NCBI GenBank assembly: GCA_963837955.1
Contig: CAWIPH010000002.1
Location: 3,168,001 to 3,232,000 of the forward strand
Direction of reading: 5' to 3'
Length of the DNA stretch: 64,000 bases
Source: an uncultured Verrucomicrobiae bacterium
Lineage (GTDB): Bacteria > Verrucomicrobiota > Verrucomicrobiia > Chthoniobacterales > JAFAMB01
Shown here: one piece after another, positions 19,419 through 30,234 of the stretch
Position numbering within the stretch: position 1 is the stretch's first letter
How the letters are laid out: the number at the start of each line of letters is the position of its first letter
Made by a program: the position numbers and the translations under genes
Notes under the pieces: generated by a model
Database searches by the model: none
What the model saw: the letters and a program-made list of their open reading frames with translations, nothing else
What the model was told of the DNA's origin: nothing

Positions 19419-22400
19419 ATGTTTCAAAATGCTCGAGCGTTCCTCGGAACGCTAATCGCATGCGCCCTGGCTCCGGCAGCTCTTGCTGCGGATAAAGATG
19501 TTGAGCTGTTAGCTGACGCAGAGTTTCTACAACCCACTAGTACTCTCGAATTTCGGTTCGCTACCGCGGTAGCGACTAAGGATGACGTTGGCGCGGTTCC
19601 GGCCATTGCGCCTATCGAAATCAGACCTGCTTTGGCCGGTGCTTTCACTTGGTTAAGCCAGCGGAGCGGTGTCTTTGTGCCGAGCCGGCCGCCACCGCTG
19701 GGAACAGAATTCGTTGTCAGCATTCGGCCCGACTTTCAGGATCTGAGTGGACGCCGAATCGGGAAAGATTTTAGCGCTGTAGTCAAAACGCCGGCCTACG
19801 CTATTACCCGTGCCGTTGTTTCGGAAGATGAAGCTGGTTCGCCCAAACCAGCGGTTCGCATCGCCTTGAACCTCGATACGCAGCTGAGCCCTGAGTTGTT
19901 TCGGTTCGTAAATCAAGCCGGCGACTCTGTACCCGGGGAAGTTCGTTACGCGAAAACCATCGATTATTTTCAGCTCGCCCCTGAATTGTTGGACTGGAAT
20001 CGGCGATGGGAAAATCGCGACCGAGCCAGCGCCAGCACTCAAGAATACGGCGAAGAGGATCAGGAAAAGACGCAGCCCGATCGTCTCATCGTCACACCGA
20101 AGGAACCGCTTGATCCGGGAAAACAGTGGCAGCTGGAGATTGCGCCTGGTTTGAAGCCAATCTCTGGAAACGAAGTAATCACCACAGCGAAAATTGTTCC
20201 GATCGGAGTGGTAAAACCGTTCACGGTTAAAAATCTTCTTCCAACTAACTACATCCATTCCGGTAAAACGCTGACGGTAGAGTTCTCGCGCGAGCTAGCG
20301 CCAGACATCACCGCAGAATCGGCGGCTCGCTTCATCCGAATCGAACCGGCGGTAGATCATCTGCGATACGAAAGTGACTTCGACCAGGTTAAAGTTTTCG
20401 GAGCATTCACACTAGGCCAGACCTATCAGATCACATTCAGTCCGGAGATAGTCGACAAGTTTGGCATGCCGATGGAAGGCGAACATTCGCGATCCTTCCA
20501 ATTCGCACCGGTGAAGCCACGGGTCTACCTCCCGGTGATTTCCGGCGATCAGTATCGAAATGGCCATCGGCAATTTGAAGTGCTTTCGGTCAACGTCCGG
20601 CGGCTGCAAGTCCGCGCTGTTTTAGTCGACCCGGCAAATGGACCGGCGGCGAAGAAAGCATTCGCAACTTACGATCATGACGAAGAAAGATCGGCACCGG
20701 AGGATGAACCGAATCAGCGAATCTCAGAGGATAAGATCCGCGGAAAAGTGATTTACGATCATTCGTTCGAAGTCGCAGGAGCGGAAGTAGACGCCCGACT
20801 GAAGACGCAGCTTGATTGGAGTGAAATTGCAGGGGCCAGTCGGGGCGGAATGATTCTTCTCACGGTGGAAGGCGACCCGATCTCGGGAACCGGGAATCAA
20901 AGAATTGGTGCGCAGGCGCTCATTCAATTGACCGATATCGGCGTATTTTGGACACGTGAATCGGATAAATTGCGTTTCTCATTATTTTCTCTGAGTTCGG
21001 GCGCCCCGTTGGCGCCAGCCGAAATTCTCTTCTTGAATGAGAACCGCGTTCAGCTCAATCGCGTTACTAGCGACGGGACCGGCTCCGCCAGCGTTCCCTT
21101 TTCGCCAGAAATCGAATGGGTAGTAGTTAAGCAACGCGATGACTCCTACACTCTCAACCTAGGCAAAGAAGCCAGCGTGCTTCCGGCTGCGGGATTCAAT
21201 CTGCAGATTTACTACCCGCAATGGGAGGCGGAGCAAGTTGCCGAAGGCGTCCGTTCCTTTCTGTTCACCGACCGGCCCCTCTACCGGCCGGGAGAAACCG
21301 TTCATGTGCGAGGATTTGTCCGGACGCTCAAACGTTCCGGACTCGAATCGCCCAAGGCCTGGAAAGGTCAGGCCAACGTAATCGATGCTCATGGAGACAC
21401 AGTATTCTCGGGCGAAGTTCTCACGGATGCTCAAGGAGCTTTCCAGACCGATATCCCTTTGAAGGCAACAACGCTCGGCCGCCAATCGCTGCGCATCAGA
21501 TTCGGAGCCGAAACCGAAGACTCAGATGAAAGCTACGGATCGGCAGAAGCCAGCTTTGAAGTTGCCGATTACGAGCCAAATGCTTTCCAGCTCGATCTCA
21601 ACATGCCAGAGCAGTTTACGCCAAGCGCACTGGCCCGCGCCGAAGTATCCGGGAAATATTTGTTTGGCGCTCCACTCACGCGCGCACAAGTCCGCTGGAC
21701 ACTCCAAACAACATCAGCTGTTTTCGCTCCAACCGGATTTGAAAATTTCCAATTCGCTACCGAAGACCCGCAACCAAAGACGACGACCGTCACCGGCTCT
21801 GGCAGCTATGATGGCGTCCATCCTTTGGTGATCAATCCGGAACTGCCAAAAACCAACGGACGACTCCTGCAGGGGGTCTTGACCGTCGACATGACCGATC
21901 TGAATCAGCAAACCGTCACTGAATCTCGGCTTTTCCACAAAGACCCGGCCGCCTTCTATCTCGGCGTCGCTCGCGCGGAAAACTCCGTAATCAAGGCTGG
22001 AGAACGCGTGCCGATTCAGTGCATCGCAGTAACTCCTGAAGGCAAGCCGCTGGAGCAGGCGGTGGATGTACAGGTTGAGGTTATTCAAAAGCGTAACGAG
22101 ACGGTGCGAGTTAAGGGTGCAGGCAAGAGCGTTTCGTTTCGAACGAATCAAGTCGAAGAGTCGATCGCCCAAACCCGTGGCCAAACCCTGCAGCCTGTCC
22201 TGACTTCTTCTCAATGGCTGATCACAGAGGGAAAAACTGCCGAGATTACGCTGCCTGCAGCCGGCGAATACCTGGTACGCGCAAATGCCCGGGATCCAGA
22301 TGGACAGCAGGTTACAACGGAGTTCAGTCTTTATGTTTCTGGTGAGAACGAGGTCGCTTGGGACTTTCGCAACGCCGCACAGATCGACCTTGTTCCGGAC

Positions 22401-25055
22401 AAGCCAGAGTATCATCCGGGGGAAACCGCCCGGATATTAGTGAAAAGTCCATATTCGGGCGAAGCCATTGTGAACATCGCGCGTGGACCTGAGATCCTTC
22501 GTTCGGAACGAGCCACTCTCAATGGTAACTCTCCGACCATCGAAATCCCCATTGTGGCAAGCGACGCTCCCAATGTTTACGTCTCGCTTGTTCTCATTCG
22601 TGGCTCGGCTGCCAGCACTCGAAAAGTTAAGGTTCCGGAGTTTCGGTACGGAATCGCGAATCTCTCAGTGGTTGACCCGGCCACAAAACTCCGCATTGCG
22701 ATCACTCCTTCGAAGCCGGCGTTCGAACCAGGTGAACCAGTGGATGTTGAGGTCGATGTCAAAGATGGTTCTGACCATCCTGTTTCAAACGGTGAAGTTA
22801 CATTTTTTGCGGTCGATGACGGTGTGCTCGCACTGACCGGGTATCAAAGACCCGCTCCCCACGCTACTTTTTTCAAAACATTTCCGCTCAACGTGCAAAT
22901 GGGCCTCACATTGGACTCTTTGTTGGCGGAAGATCCGCAGGACCTACAGTTCACAAATAAGGGCTACCTGATTGGCGGTGGAGGTCTGGATATCCCGGGA
23001 GCTAAACTTCGCACCGATTTTCCAGGAACCGCTTGTTGGGTTCCGTCGGTTCGCACCGATTCGCTCGGACATGCAAAGGTTCATTTCGTTTCACCCGATG
23101 CGATCACGCGCTATCGGTTAGTAGCTGTTGCCTTTGCTGGAAACAGTCAATTTGGATCCGCCGAATCATCGGTAACTATTCGAAAACCGTTGTTGATCTT
23201 ACCGACGATGCCCAGGTTTACTCGCGCCGGCGACCGGCTCGTGGCACGTGCGGTCATCCGGAACGACACCGGTCAGGAAGAGAATGTCCAGGTAAAGCTG
23301 CTCTTGGATGAACGGTTTTCCGCTGCTCAACCAACGACGACCGCTTTTTCTTTGCCCACCGGAAGCGCGCGCACAATCGACTTCCCCATCCAAGCCGGCA
23401 ACCCCGGCACAAGCCATTGGGAATGGTCGGTCCAATCGGATCATCATGAGGACCGTGTTGCCGCCACGACCGAGATCAAGCCGGCCGGACCAACTCTGCG
23501 AGAGGTTTACTTGAGCGATCTCACCGATAGGCAAATGGATCTGCTTACCGGAATCAATCCACAGCTCCTCGAAGGGCAGGGCACGCTTAACCTCACGCTT
23601 TCGAACACGCGTTTGACTTCCTTGCGAGAAGCGATCCAATCGCTGCGGAGCTACCCGTATCAGTGCACAGAACAACTGACGTCAGGCCTGGTTCCGGTGT
23701 TAGTCCGCGATCAACTAAAATCTGCTTTGCCCAGTCAAATTGCCGATAGAGGCACTCAGCCAGCGGATGTGGCGGGAACATTGAGCTTACTCTTTGATCG
23801 ACAGACCGGATCTGGTGGTCTGTCGCTCTGGCCGAAGGGCAGCCAACCAGCGCTTTTTGCCAGCGCTTACGCCGTCTGGGTTACAGCCGGCCTACAGCAA
23901 GAAGGTGCGGAGGTCCCATCGGAAAAGTGGAAACACCTTCTCGATTATCTCAGTGAAAGCCTTCGCGGCCTACCAAAAATCCATGATGAGCTCCGCCTGA
24001 ACGAGGAAGCGTTCGTCTTGCTTGCGCTCGCGGCAGCCGGTCGTGCTGAACCGAGTTACTACGAAGAATTTATCAGTCGAAAAGCAGAGCTATCACGCGA
24101 AACGCGCGCGATCGTGGCTATGGCGATGCTGACCGGTGGCGGGACTGGTAAGGGCGCCATGGACGCTCTGCTGGACGTGAAAGCGGCAGCACCGGAAACC
24201 GAGTCTTTGTATAGCGGGACTGCCCGGGAGAACGCACTTCTCCTGTTTGCCTGGACCCGCTATAAACCGCGTGCGCCCGAAATAGCTCCATTGGTGAAAG
24301 AATTGCTGGGAACACGTCATTTCGGGCGCTGGGATACGACCCAGGAGAACGCTTGGGCCCTCCTGGCGCTGGCAAATTATTATCGAACATCAGAGTCCGG
24401 CGGTAAGTCTGTGAGCGGGACTGTTCTATCGGCAGGACAACCCCTCGCTTTTGAAGTGACCCGCCAAAAGCCGTCCTGGACCACCTCAATGGTGTTGGAT
24501 CCGGCCAAACCTGTGCACGCGCTTACCGTCCGCCGCGAAGGGACAGGAGCCCTCTTCGGCGAAGCTCAATTCGAGGTTTATCCCGCTCTCCTCGAACAAC
24601 CACGTCAAGATCGAGGTTATGCCGTCTCGCGATCTTATCAGAAAATTGGCGACGACGGTAAGTTGCAACCCGCTACCGAGTTCAGGGTCGGCGATCGCAT
24701 CCTCGTCACTCTAAACGTGAAATCGAACCGACCTGGAAGATTGGTGGCGATTGATGATCCGGTTCCGTCGGTCTTTGAAGCTATTAATCCAAATTTTCGA
24801 CCAGATAACGCCGGCACGAACACGCCGGCAGAAGACGAGGATTATGCCGACTACCGCGAGATTCACGGAGATCGGGTCCAGTTCTTTTGCGACCAGCTGG
24901 CAGCTGGTGACTACACATTTCGCTATTTGAGTCGGGTTCGCTTTGTTGGAGAAGCAGCCGTTCCACCCACGAAAGTCGTCGAGATGTATCGACCGGCCAG
25001 ATTTGGGCTTGGCCCAACCGATCGAGTGAGAAGCACGGCGGCGGAGGGCGAATAG
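19419..25055 (+). CDS. Bacterial alpha-2-macroglobulin
   Basis: 1878 aa with signal peptide, FTDRPLYRPGETV, AVDDGVLALT, LRTDF, thioester motif YPYQCTEQ and TTQENAWAL; followed by pbpC. Confidence 0.95.
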   Translation: MFQNARAFLGTLIACALAPAALAADKDVELLADAEFLQPTSTLEFRFATAVATKDDVGAVPAIAPIEIRPALAGAFTWLSQRSGVFVPSRPPPLGTEFVVSIRPDFQDLSGRRIGKDFSAVVKTPAYAITRAVVSEDEAGSPKPAVRIALNLDTQLSPELFRFVNQAGDSVPGEVRYAKTIDYFQLAPELLDWNRRWENRDRASASTQEYGEEDQEKTQPDRLIVTPKEPLDPGKQWQLEIAPGLKPISGNEVITTAKIVPIGVVKPFTVKNLLPTNYIHSGKTLTVEFSRELAPDITAESAARFIRIEPAVDHLRYESDFDQVKVFGAFTLGQTYQITFSPEIVDKFGMPMEGEHSRSFQFAPVKPRVYLPVISGDQYRNGHRQFEVLSVNVRRLQVRAVLVDPANGPAAKKAFATYDHDEERSAPEDEPNQRISEDKIRGKVIYDHSFEVAGAEVDARLKTQLDWSEIAGASRGGMILLTVEGDPISGTGNQRIGAQALIQLTDIGVFWTRESDKLRFSLFSLSSGAPLAPAEILFLNENRVQLNRVTSDGTGSASVPFSPEIEWVVVKQRDDSYTLNLGKEASVLPAAGFNLQIYYPQWEAEQVAEGVRSFLFTDRPLYRPGETVHVRGFVRTLKRSGLESPKAWKGQANVIDAHGDTVFSGEVLTDAQGAFQTDIPLKATTLGRQSLRIRFGAETEDSDESYGSAEASFEVADYEPNAFQLDLNMPEQFTPSALARAEVSGKYLFGAPLTRAQVRWTLQTTSAVFAPTGFENFQFATEDPQPKTTTVTGSGSYDGVHPLVINPELPKTNGRLLQGVLTVDMTDLNQQTVTESRLFHKDPAAFYLGVARAENSVIKAGERVPIQCIAVTPEGKPLEQAVDVQVEVIQKRNETVRVKGAGKSVSFRTNQVEESIAQTRGQTLQPVLTSSQWLITEGKTAEITLPAAGEYLVRANARDPDGQQVTTEFSLYVSGENEVAWDFRNAAQIDLVPDKPEYHPGETARILVKSPYSGEAIVNIARGPEILRSERATLNGNSPTIEIPIVASDAPNVYVSLVLIRGSAASTRKVKVPEFRYGIANLSVVDPATKLRIAITPSKPAFEPGEPVDVEVDVKDGSDHPVSNGEVTFFAVDDGVLALTGYQRPAPHATFFKTFPLNVQMGLTLDSLLAEDPQDLQFTNKGYLIGGGGLDIPGAKLRTDFPGTACWVPSVRTDSLGHAKVHFVSPDAITRYRLVAVAFAGNSQFGSAESSVTIRKPLLILPTMPRFTRAGDRLVARAVIRNDTGQEENVQVKLLLDERFSAAQPTTTAFSLPTGSARTIDFPIQAGNPGTSHWEWSVQSDHHEDRVAATTEIKPAGPTLREVYLSDLTDRQMDLLTGINPQLLEGQGTLNLTLSNTRLTSLREAIQSLRSYPYQCTEQLTSGLVPVLVRDQLKSALPSQIADRGTQPADVAGTLSLLFDRQTGSGGLSLWPKGSQPALFASAYAVWVTAGLQQEGAEVPSEKWKHLLDYLSESLRGLPKIHDELRLNEEAFVLLALAAAGRAEPSYYEEFISRKAELSRETRAIVAMAMLTGGGTGKGAMDALLDVKAAAPETESLYSGTARENALLLFAWTRYKPRAPEIAPLVKELLGTRHFGRWDTTQENAWALLALANYYRTSESGGKSVSGTVLSAGQPLAFEVTRQKPSWTTSMVLDPAKPVHALTVRREGTGALFGEAQFEVYPALLEQPRQDRGYAVSRSYQKIGDDGKLQPATEFRVGDRILVTLNVKSNRPGRLVAIDDPVPSVFEAINPNFRPDNAGTNTPAEDEDYADYREIHGDRVQFFCDQLAAGDYTFRYLSRVRFVGEAAVPPTKVVEMYRPARFGLGPTDRVRSTAAEGE

Positions 25056-25273
25056 AAATGTGTGCTTGAGAGCGCAATCGTCCTCGTGGTCACGCTCGAA
25101 GAAAGGGCCACCAAATCGATGACCTGGAGAGAGGATGTGATTGTCACCGAAGGACTGCATTGGTGCAAAAACGAACATCAGTTGAGTTCGTAGTCACGGG
25201 GCACAACGGCTCTCGAGGACGACGACGAGCACGAGGACGAAGGCTTTCGCGAGAAAGCCTAGGCCGATGACCA

Positions 25274-27520
25274 ATGGCGCTAAATAGATATCTACTTATC
25301 GGAACGGCCACTATCCTCCTCGGTTGGCTCGGAGGGGAGATCGCGTTGCGTTCCACTCCGGTTCCTCGGGCACTAAATACGTCGCTCCCGCAGAGCGTTA
25401 AGTTTGTCGATCGCAGAGGACGACCGTTGCGCCGCGTCCTGCAAGACCAGCGTATTTACCGTTCGCGGTGTTCGTTGAGCGACATCTCACCGAACGCCAT
25501 CGCAGCAACTCTCAGCGCGGAAGACAAACGATTCCGCGTCCATTCCGGGATCGACTTCTTCGCGGCAGGCCGGGCATTGCTGCAATTCGTGAACAGCGGT
25601 ACCACCCACTCAGGAGCATCGACCATCACCGAACAGCTCGTGAAACTAGGCGAGAGTAGAGAACCCCGGACAATTCCCACGAAATTAAGGGAAATCTGGG
25701 GCGCTCTATGTATCGAGCGGCATTGGAGCAAAGAGCGCATTCTGGAAGAGTACCTAAACCGGCTGGATTACGGAGACCTGCAAGTTGGATTGGCATCTGC
25801 CAGCTGGGACTACTTTGAAAAGCCTCCAAGTGATCTGAGCGTGGCGGAAGCTGCGTTCTTGGCCGCGATTCCGCAGGCGCCTTCACGGCTCGACCCATTC
25901 AAACATTTCATCGCGACGCAGACCCGCCAGCGCTGGGTACTCAGCCGGATGCGGGCGAATGGCTATCTGGATGACGCAACTTATGCCAGGGCCCTTGCTG
26001 AACCTCTCCGATTACATCAGCGGAGCCGGGATTTCGAAGCACCTCTTCTTGTCGATCTGCTGCTGGAGCGGCGCGGCACATTGCCTCCGGAAGGCGGCAC
26101 TGTGCACACCACCGTTGATCTGTCGTTAAACCAATGGATCGACCAGGTGATTGGTCGTCAACTCAACGCATTGTCGGAAAAGAACGTCTCTGCCGCAGCA
26201 GTGGTCGTCATTGACAATCAGTCGGGCGACGTACTGGCTCTTTGCGGATCGGGCGACTATTTCGAACCTGGGACTGGCCAAATCAATGGAGCATGGAGTG
26301 CTCGGTCCGCGGGATCCGCATTGAAACCGTTTACTTACCTGCGCTCGCTCGAGAAAGGCGCCTTTCCGGGGACGGTAGTTGCTGACGTCCCGACGGATTT
26401 TGCTACGGAGACCGGCCTTTATCATCCGAACAATTACAACCATCGTTTCTACGGACCAGTCACCATGCGCTTTGCTCTGGCCAATTCTCTTAACGTGGCC
26501 GCAATTAAAGTACTTGAGCAGACCGGCGGTCCGGAAGTTCTCTACGAAGCCTTACAAAAAGCCGGGATCACGACTCTCGGACATCCGGCAGCCTATTACG
26601 GACTGGGATTGACGATTGGCAATGGCGAAGTGCGACTGCTCGAGCTAACTAATGCATTCGCATCATTAGCGCGCCTGGGAATTTATCGTCCGTTCCGCCT
26701 TCTTTCACGGCAAGGCGAGTTAGGCGCTCCGGGTCACCGGATCTTTGATGAGCGGGCGGCCTATCTTTTGGCGGATATGCTCAGCGACAATCACGCGCGA
26801 GCCGCGACATTTGGACTGAATTCGTATTTGAGCTTTGATTTTCCGGTCGCGTGTAAGACCGGGACAAGTTCGAACTATCGGGATAATTGGACACTCGGTT
26901 TCACCCCGGAGTGGACGATCGGCGTCTGGGTCGGCAATCCAGATAACGCGCCGATGAGAGGCATCACTGGAGTAACCGGGGCAGCGCCGATATTTCGGGA
27001 GGTCATGCTGCACCTTCGCGAACAACGCGGAACTAGCTGGTATCACAGTCCGCCTGGGATCGACCATTGCTGGATTGATCCCCTCACCGGCCGAGAGGTT
27101 ATGAAGGGTCAATCCCGTGCAGTCGAAGAAATCTTCGCGTTCCGACCTGAATCAGCCCGGCCCGAAGACTATGACTCGGCAAACCACGTACGACTGCCAG
27201 CTGAATACTCCGCCTGGCTGGAGAGCAGCCAAAATACCTCTATACCGCTCCTTCGGTCGCCCGCTCAGCGTTTGCAGATCCTCCAGCCTGCGCCGGGCAG
27301 TTCTTATTTTCTGGACCCAGACCTGCCGGCCAACGATCAGAGACTTGTGTTGAGTGCCGAATCAAGTGGATCGCTGGAATGGAAATCCGCCTCGCTTGAT
27401 TGTCGCGCCGATGGCGATCATGTGACAGTCTTGCTTCGGGAGGGCCGTCACGAGATCGTCGCGCACGATAGAACGACGGGCGAAACGGCCTCAACTTGGA
27501 TCAACGTGCGACCATGGTAG
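25274..27520 (+). CDS. pbpC: Penicillin-binding protein 1C
   Basis: Transglycosylase motifs EDKRF and GASTITEQ; transpeptidase motifs SALK, SLN and KTGT; canonical position after alpha-2-macroglobulin. Confidence 0.93.
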   Translation: MALNRYLLIGTATILLGWLGGEIALRSTPVPRALNTSLPQSVKFVDRRGRPLRRVLQDQRIYRSRCSLSDISPNAIAATLSAEDKRFRVHSGIDFFAAGRALLQFVNSGTTHSGASTITEQLVKLGESREPRTIPTKLREIWGALCIERHWSKERILEEYLNRLDYGDLQVGLASASWDYFEKPPSDLSVAEAAFLAAIPQAPSRLDPFKHFIATQTRQRWVLSRMRANGYLDDATYARALAEPLRLHQRSRDFEAPLLVDLLLERRGTLPPEGGTVHTTVDLSLNQWIDQVIGRQLNALSEKNVSAAAVVVIDNQSGDVLALCGSGDYFEPGTGQINGAWSARSAGSALKPFTYLRSLEKGAFPGTVVADVPTDFATETGLYHPNNYNHRFYGPVTMRFALANSLNVAAIKVLEQTGGPEVLYEALQKAGITTLGHPAAYYGLGLTIGNGEVRLLELTNAFASLARLGIYRPFRLLSRQGELGAPGHRIFDERAAYLLADMLSDNHARAATFGLNSYLSFDFPVACKTGTSSNYRDNWTLGFTPEWTIGVWVGNPDNAPMRGITGVTGAAPIFREVMLHLREQRGTSWYHSPPGIDHCWIDPLTGREVMKGQSRAVEEIFAFRPESARPEDYDSANHVRLPAEYSAWLESSQNTSIPLLRSPAQRLQILQPAPGSSYFLDPDLPANDQRLVLSAESSGSLEWKSASLDCRADGDHVTVLLREGRHEIVAHDRTTGETASTWINVRPW

Positions 27521-27533
27521 TGACCGCAAATCT

Positions 27534-28754
27534 TCAAATCCCGGAACCAAAGACTCGCTGCGTGGGCTTCGGTAAACGGTCGACAATTCGCTGACCGATC
27601 GCGAGCGAAGCGGTCGCGGCAGGTGAAGGTGCATTCAACACGTGGGTGGAGCGCTCCCCCTCCAATATCAAAAAATCATCGACCATTGAACCATCAAAGC
27701 GCACCGCTTGCGCGCGGATACCGGAATCCGCCGGCTGCAGATCCTCTATTCGGATTGCCGGGACTAACCGCTGCACGGCATCCAAGAATCGGCGCTTGCT
27801 CAGCGCTCGGAGGATTTCGGAGATCCCGGTGTTCCAAAACCGCGCAGCTAAGTGCCAAGTCCCCGGAAATAACAAGATCTCTGCCGCATCACCGGCGTTA
27901 AGCCCTAATTTTCCATAGTTTTCCCGAGCAAGCGCTGGAACCGCGCTCGGGCCCGCGTGTACCGTATCGTCAATCCCCCGAGTAAGATGGACACCTAAGA
28001 AAGGGAACGAGGGGTTTGGCACCGGATAGACGAGCGCTTTCACCAATCGCTCTGCTTTTTCGGATAATTCGAAGTAATCTCCGCGGAACGGAATGATTCG
28101 GACCGGAAGCGAGTTAAGTTGCAAACGAGCAACTCGATCGCTTTGCAATCCTGCGCAGTTTATCAGGTGCGCAGCACTCAACACGTCACCGGACGTTCGA
28201 ATGTGCAACTCGGAGGCGCTGCTGCCGATCGATTCGACGCGCCGGTTCAACAGGATCGAGCCGCCGGCGCTCTGGATTAATTCCAGCAGTTTTTGGCAGA
28301 CTTGCCGAAAATCTACCACAGCTGTCGTTGGCACGTGCAATGCCCTGATCGCATTCACGTGCGGTTCGATCTCCAAGGCTTCCTCTCGTCCAATCTCGCG
28401 CACCGGGACTCCATTAGCCTTTGCCCGACCAGCCAGTGTGGCCAGTCCGGGTAATTCGCCCTCTTTAGTAGCGACGATGATCTTGCCGGTTACTTTAACC
28501 GGAATGCCATGCTCCTGGCAAAAACTGATCATCTCCGCGGCGCCCTTGCGGCAGAGCTCGGCCTTGGCGCTACCGGGCGCATAATAGATTCCCGAATGAA
28601 TAACACCACTATTTCGACCGGTTTGATGCGCGGCGATTCGATCCTCCTTTTCCAAAATCGCGATTCGCGAACCGGGGACGCGCTTCAGGTAGGCAAAACC
28701 CACCGCTAGACCCACGATGCCCCCGCCGACAATTACGCAGTCATAGGCGCTCAT
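27534..28754 (-). CDS. lhgO: L-2-hydroxyglutarate oxidase family protein
   Basis: VGGGIVG, HQTGRNSGVIHSGIYY, YPVPNPSFPFLGVH, GIRAQA, NAPSPAATASL. Confidence 0.92.
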   Translation of the reverse strand: MSAYDCVIVGGGIVGLAVGFAYLKRVPGSRIAILEKEDRIAAHQTGRNSGVIHSGIYYAPGSAKAELCRKGAAEMISFCQEHGIPVKVTGKIIVATKEGELPGLATLAGRAKANGVPVREIGREEALEIEPHVNAIRALHVPTTAVVDFRQVCQKLLELIQSAGGSILLNRRVESIGSSASELHIRTSGDVLSAAHLINCAGLQSDRVARLQLNSLPVRIIPFRGDYFELSEKAERLVKALVYPVPNPSFPFLGVHLTRGIDDTVHAGPSAVPALARENYGKLGLNAGDAAEILLFPGTWHLAARFWNTGISEILRALSKRRFLDAVQRLVPAIRIEDLQPADSGIRAQAVRFDGSMVDDFLILEGERSTHVLNAPSPAATASLAIGQRIVDRLPKPTQRVFGSGI

Positions 28755-29153
28755 AATCTAGTGGACTGTATCATAGGACTCCGCCACGCGGTTGCTCGGC
28801 GGCGCGGCGGAAAGCCTCGATTTTCCTCGCCGGATCTCATCGAAATTGTTTTATTCCGTTTCGTAGTGTTTGTTCTCTCGTCCTCCAATGTGGGCAAGGC
28901 GAATCGACGAAAGTATGAATTTGCGCATCTCTCATCACGATTGCGGCGCACGTTGCTTTCAGAGAGCGCATTTGCCCGGCTTCCCGATCGCCGGCCCCAA
29001 GTTGGCTTGGAGCTAAAACGATCGCGGCTGGGAATAAAAGTTAAAACCAGCGTTCCTAGTAACAAGGATTGGCTACGAGTCTGAACTACGGTTCGGGGCT
29101 CACAGCCATCCGCTGTTGCATCCATAATCCAAAATCGAACCTAGAATCTAGAA

Positions 29154-29435
29154 ATGATCAAACCATCCAAAGCACTTATTGCCGGTGCAGCTATCGCCGG
29201 TCTTCTTACCGGTTCAGTGGCCGCTCGAGCTTATGCGGCGAGCACCACTCCGAGCAAGGCGGGCGTTGCTATCCAAACGTTAGACGCCGAAAAGGGCAAG
29301 CATGCTTGCAAAGGCAAGAATAGCTGTAAAGGACAAGGCGGCTGCAAAACTGGCGACAATAGTTGCAAGGGTAAGAACTCTTGCAAGGGCAAAGGCGGCT
29401 GCGCGACCGACGGCAGCAAACCCCCGAAGGCTTAA
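29154..29435 (+). CDS. Secreted Cys-rich RiPP precursor (BufA2/bufferin-like)
   Basis: Signal peptide then HACKGKNSCKGQGGC-KTGD-NSCKGKNSCKGKGGC (6 Cys, duplicated unit); upstream of DoxX and DUF692 genes. Confidence 0.85.
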   Translation: MIKPSKALIAGAAIAGLLTGSVAARAYAASTTPSKAGVAIQTLDAEKGKHACKGKNSCKGQGGCKTGDNSCKGKNSCKGKGGCATDGSKPPKA

Positions 29436-29452
29436 TAACTACCTACTCTGAT

Positions 29453-29491
29453 AAGGTTCCCCTGCTGATCAGAATCAGTATGGGGAACCTT
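29453..29491 (+). terminator. Stem-loop downstream of precursor gene
   Basis: AAGGTTCCCC-TGCTGAT...ATCAGTAT-GGGGAACCTT followed by CTATTT. Confidence 0.65.
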
Positions 29492-29700
29492 CTATTTCCA
29501 GCTTGGATTTGGCCGTCCCTGACAGGTCAATTCAGATAAAGAATTGACGGTTGAATATTCGGCTAAACCGTGTCCTGTCCCGCCTCTCCAATTTCGAGAG
29601 CGGTGCGCCAGATCCGAAATTTCTAGTTCGTTTGGAATCGTCGAGTGCTGTTCTGTCTCTACTGAGTGTCTAAAATCCAAACAACTAGCCTAGCCTCAAC

Positions 29701-30204
29701 ATGAATCCTTTCATCCAATCGGTGGCCGATAAATATCGACTGCTGGTCTCTCTGCTCAATTCTTTGCAGGCGCCATTTCTCCTGATATTAAGAGTCTATT
29801 TCTTCTGGCAGCTGTTCCTGGCCGGCAAAGGCAAGCTTCTTAACATCGCAAAAGTCTCGGAGTTCTTCGCGAGCCTTGGAATCCCGCTGCCCACTCTGAA
29901 TGCCTACTTCATAGGCTCGCTCGAATGTTTCGGTAGCTTGTTGCTGATTGTCGGCTTGGCGTCGCGACCTCTGGCTCTTTTGATCGTGGTTGCGATGATT
30001 GTCGCCTACCTAACGGCTGATATTGAGTCCGTGACCAAATTGTTCAGCTTTTACCCACATCCGCATCAGTTTTTTAAGGCAGCTCCATTCCCTTTTTTGC
30101 TCGCCGCGCTGGTCATTCTGGCGTTTGGTCCAGGAAAGATCTCTCTCGATGCCATCATCGCAAAATGGTTTTGCCAAAAGAGGGGGTCTCTGTCAGAGCA
30201 GTAA
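29701..30204 (+). CDS. DoxX-family membrane protein
   Basis: LLILRVYFFWQLFLAGKGKL, FFASLGIP, LECFGSLLLIVGLASR, FGPGKISLD. Confidence 0.9.
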   Translation: MNPFIQSVADKYRLLVSLLNSLQAPFLLILRVYFFWQLFLAGKGKLLNIAKVSEFFASLGIPLPTLNAYFIGSLECFGSLLLIVGLASRPLALLIVVAMIVAYLTADIESVTKLFSFYPHPHQFFKAAPFPFLLAALVILAFGPGKISLDAIIAKWFCQKRGSLSEQ

Positions 30205-30234
30205 AGACTCCCCGATCGAGCAAGTCAAAGGCCC

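Noticed and set aside
30040..30095. His-containing loop (YPHPHQ) in DoxX as a metal site
   Set aside because: Cannot be told from neutral variation or sequence error without an alignment.
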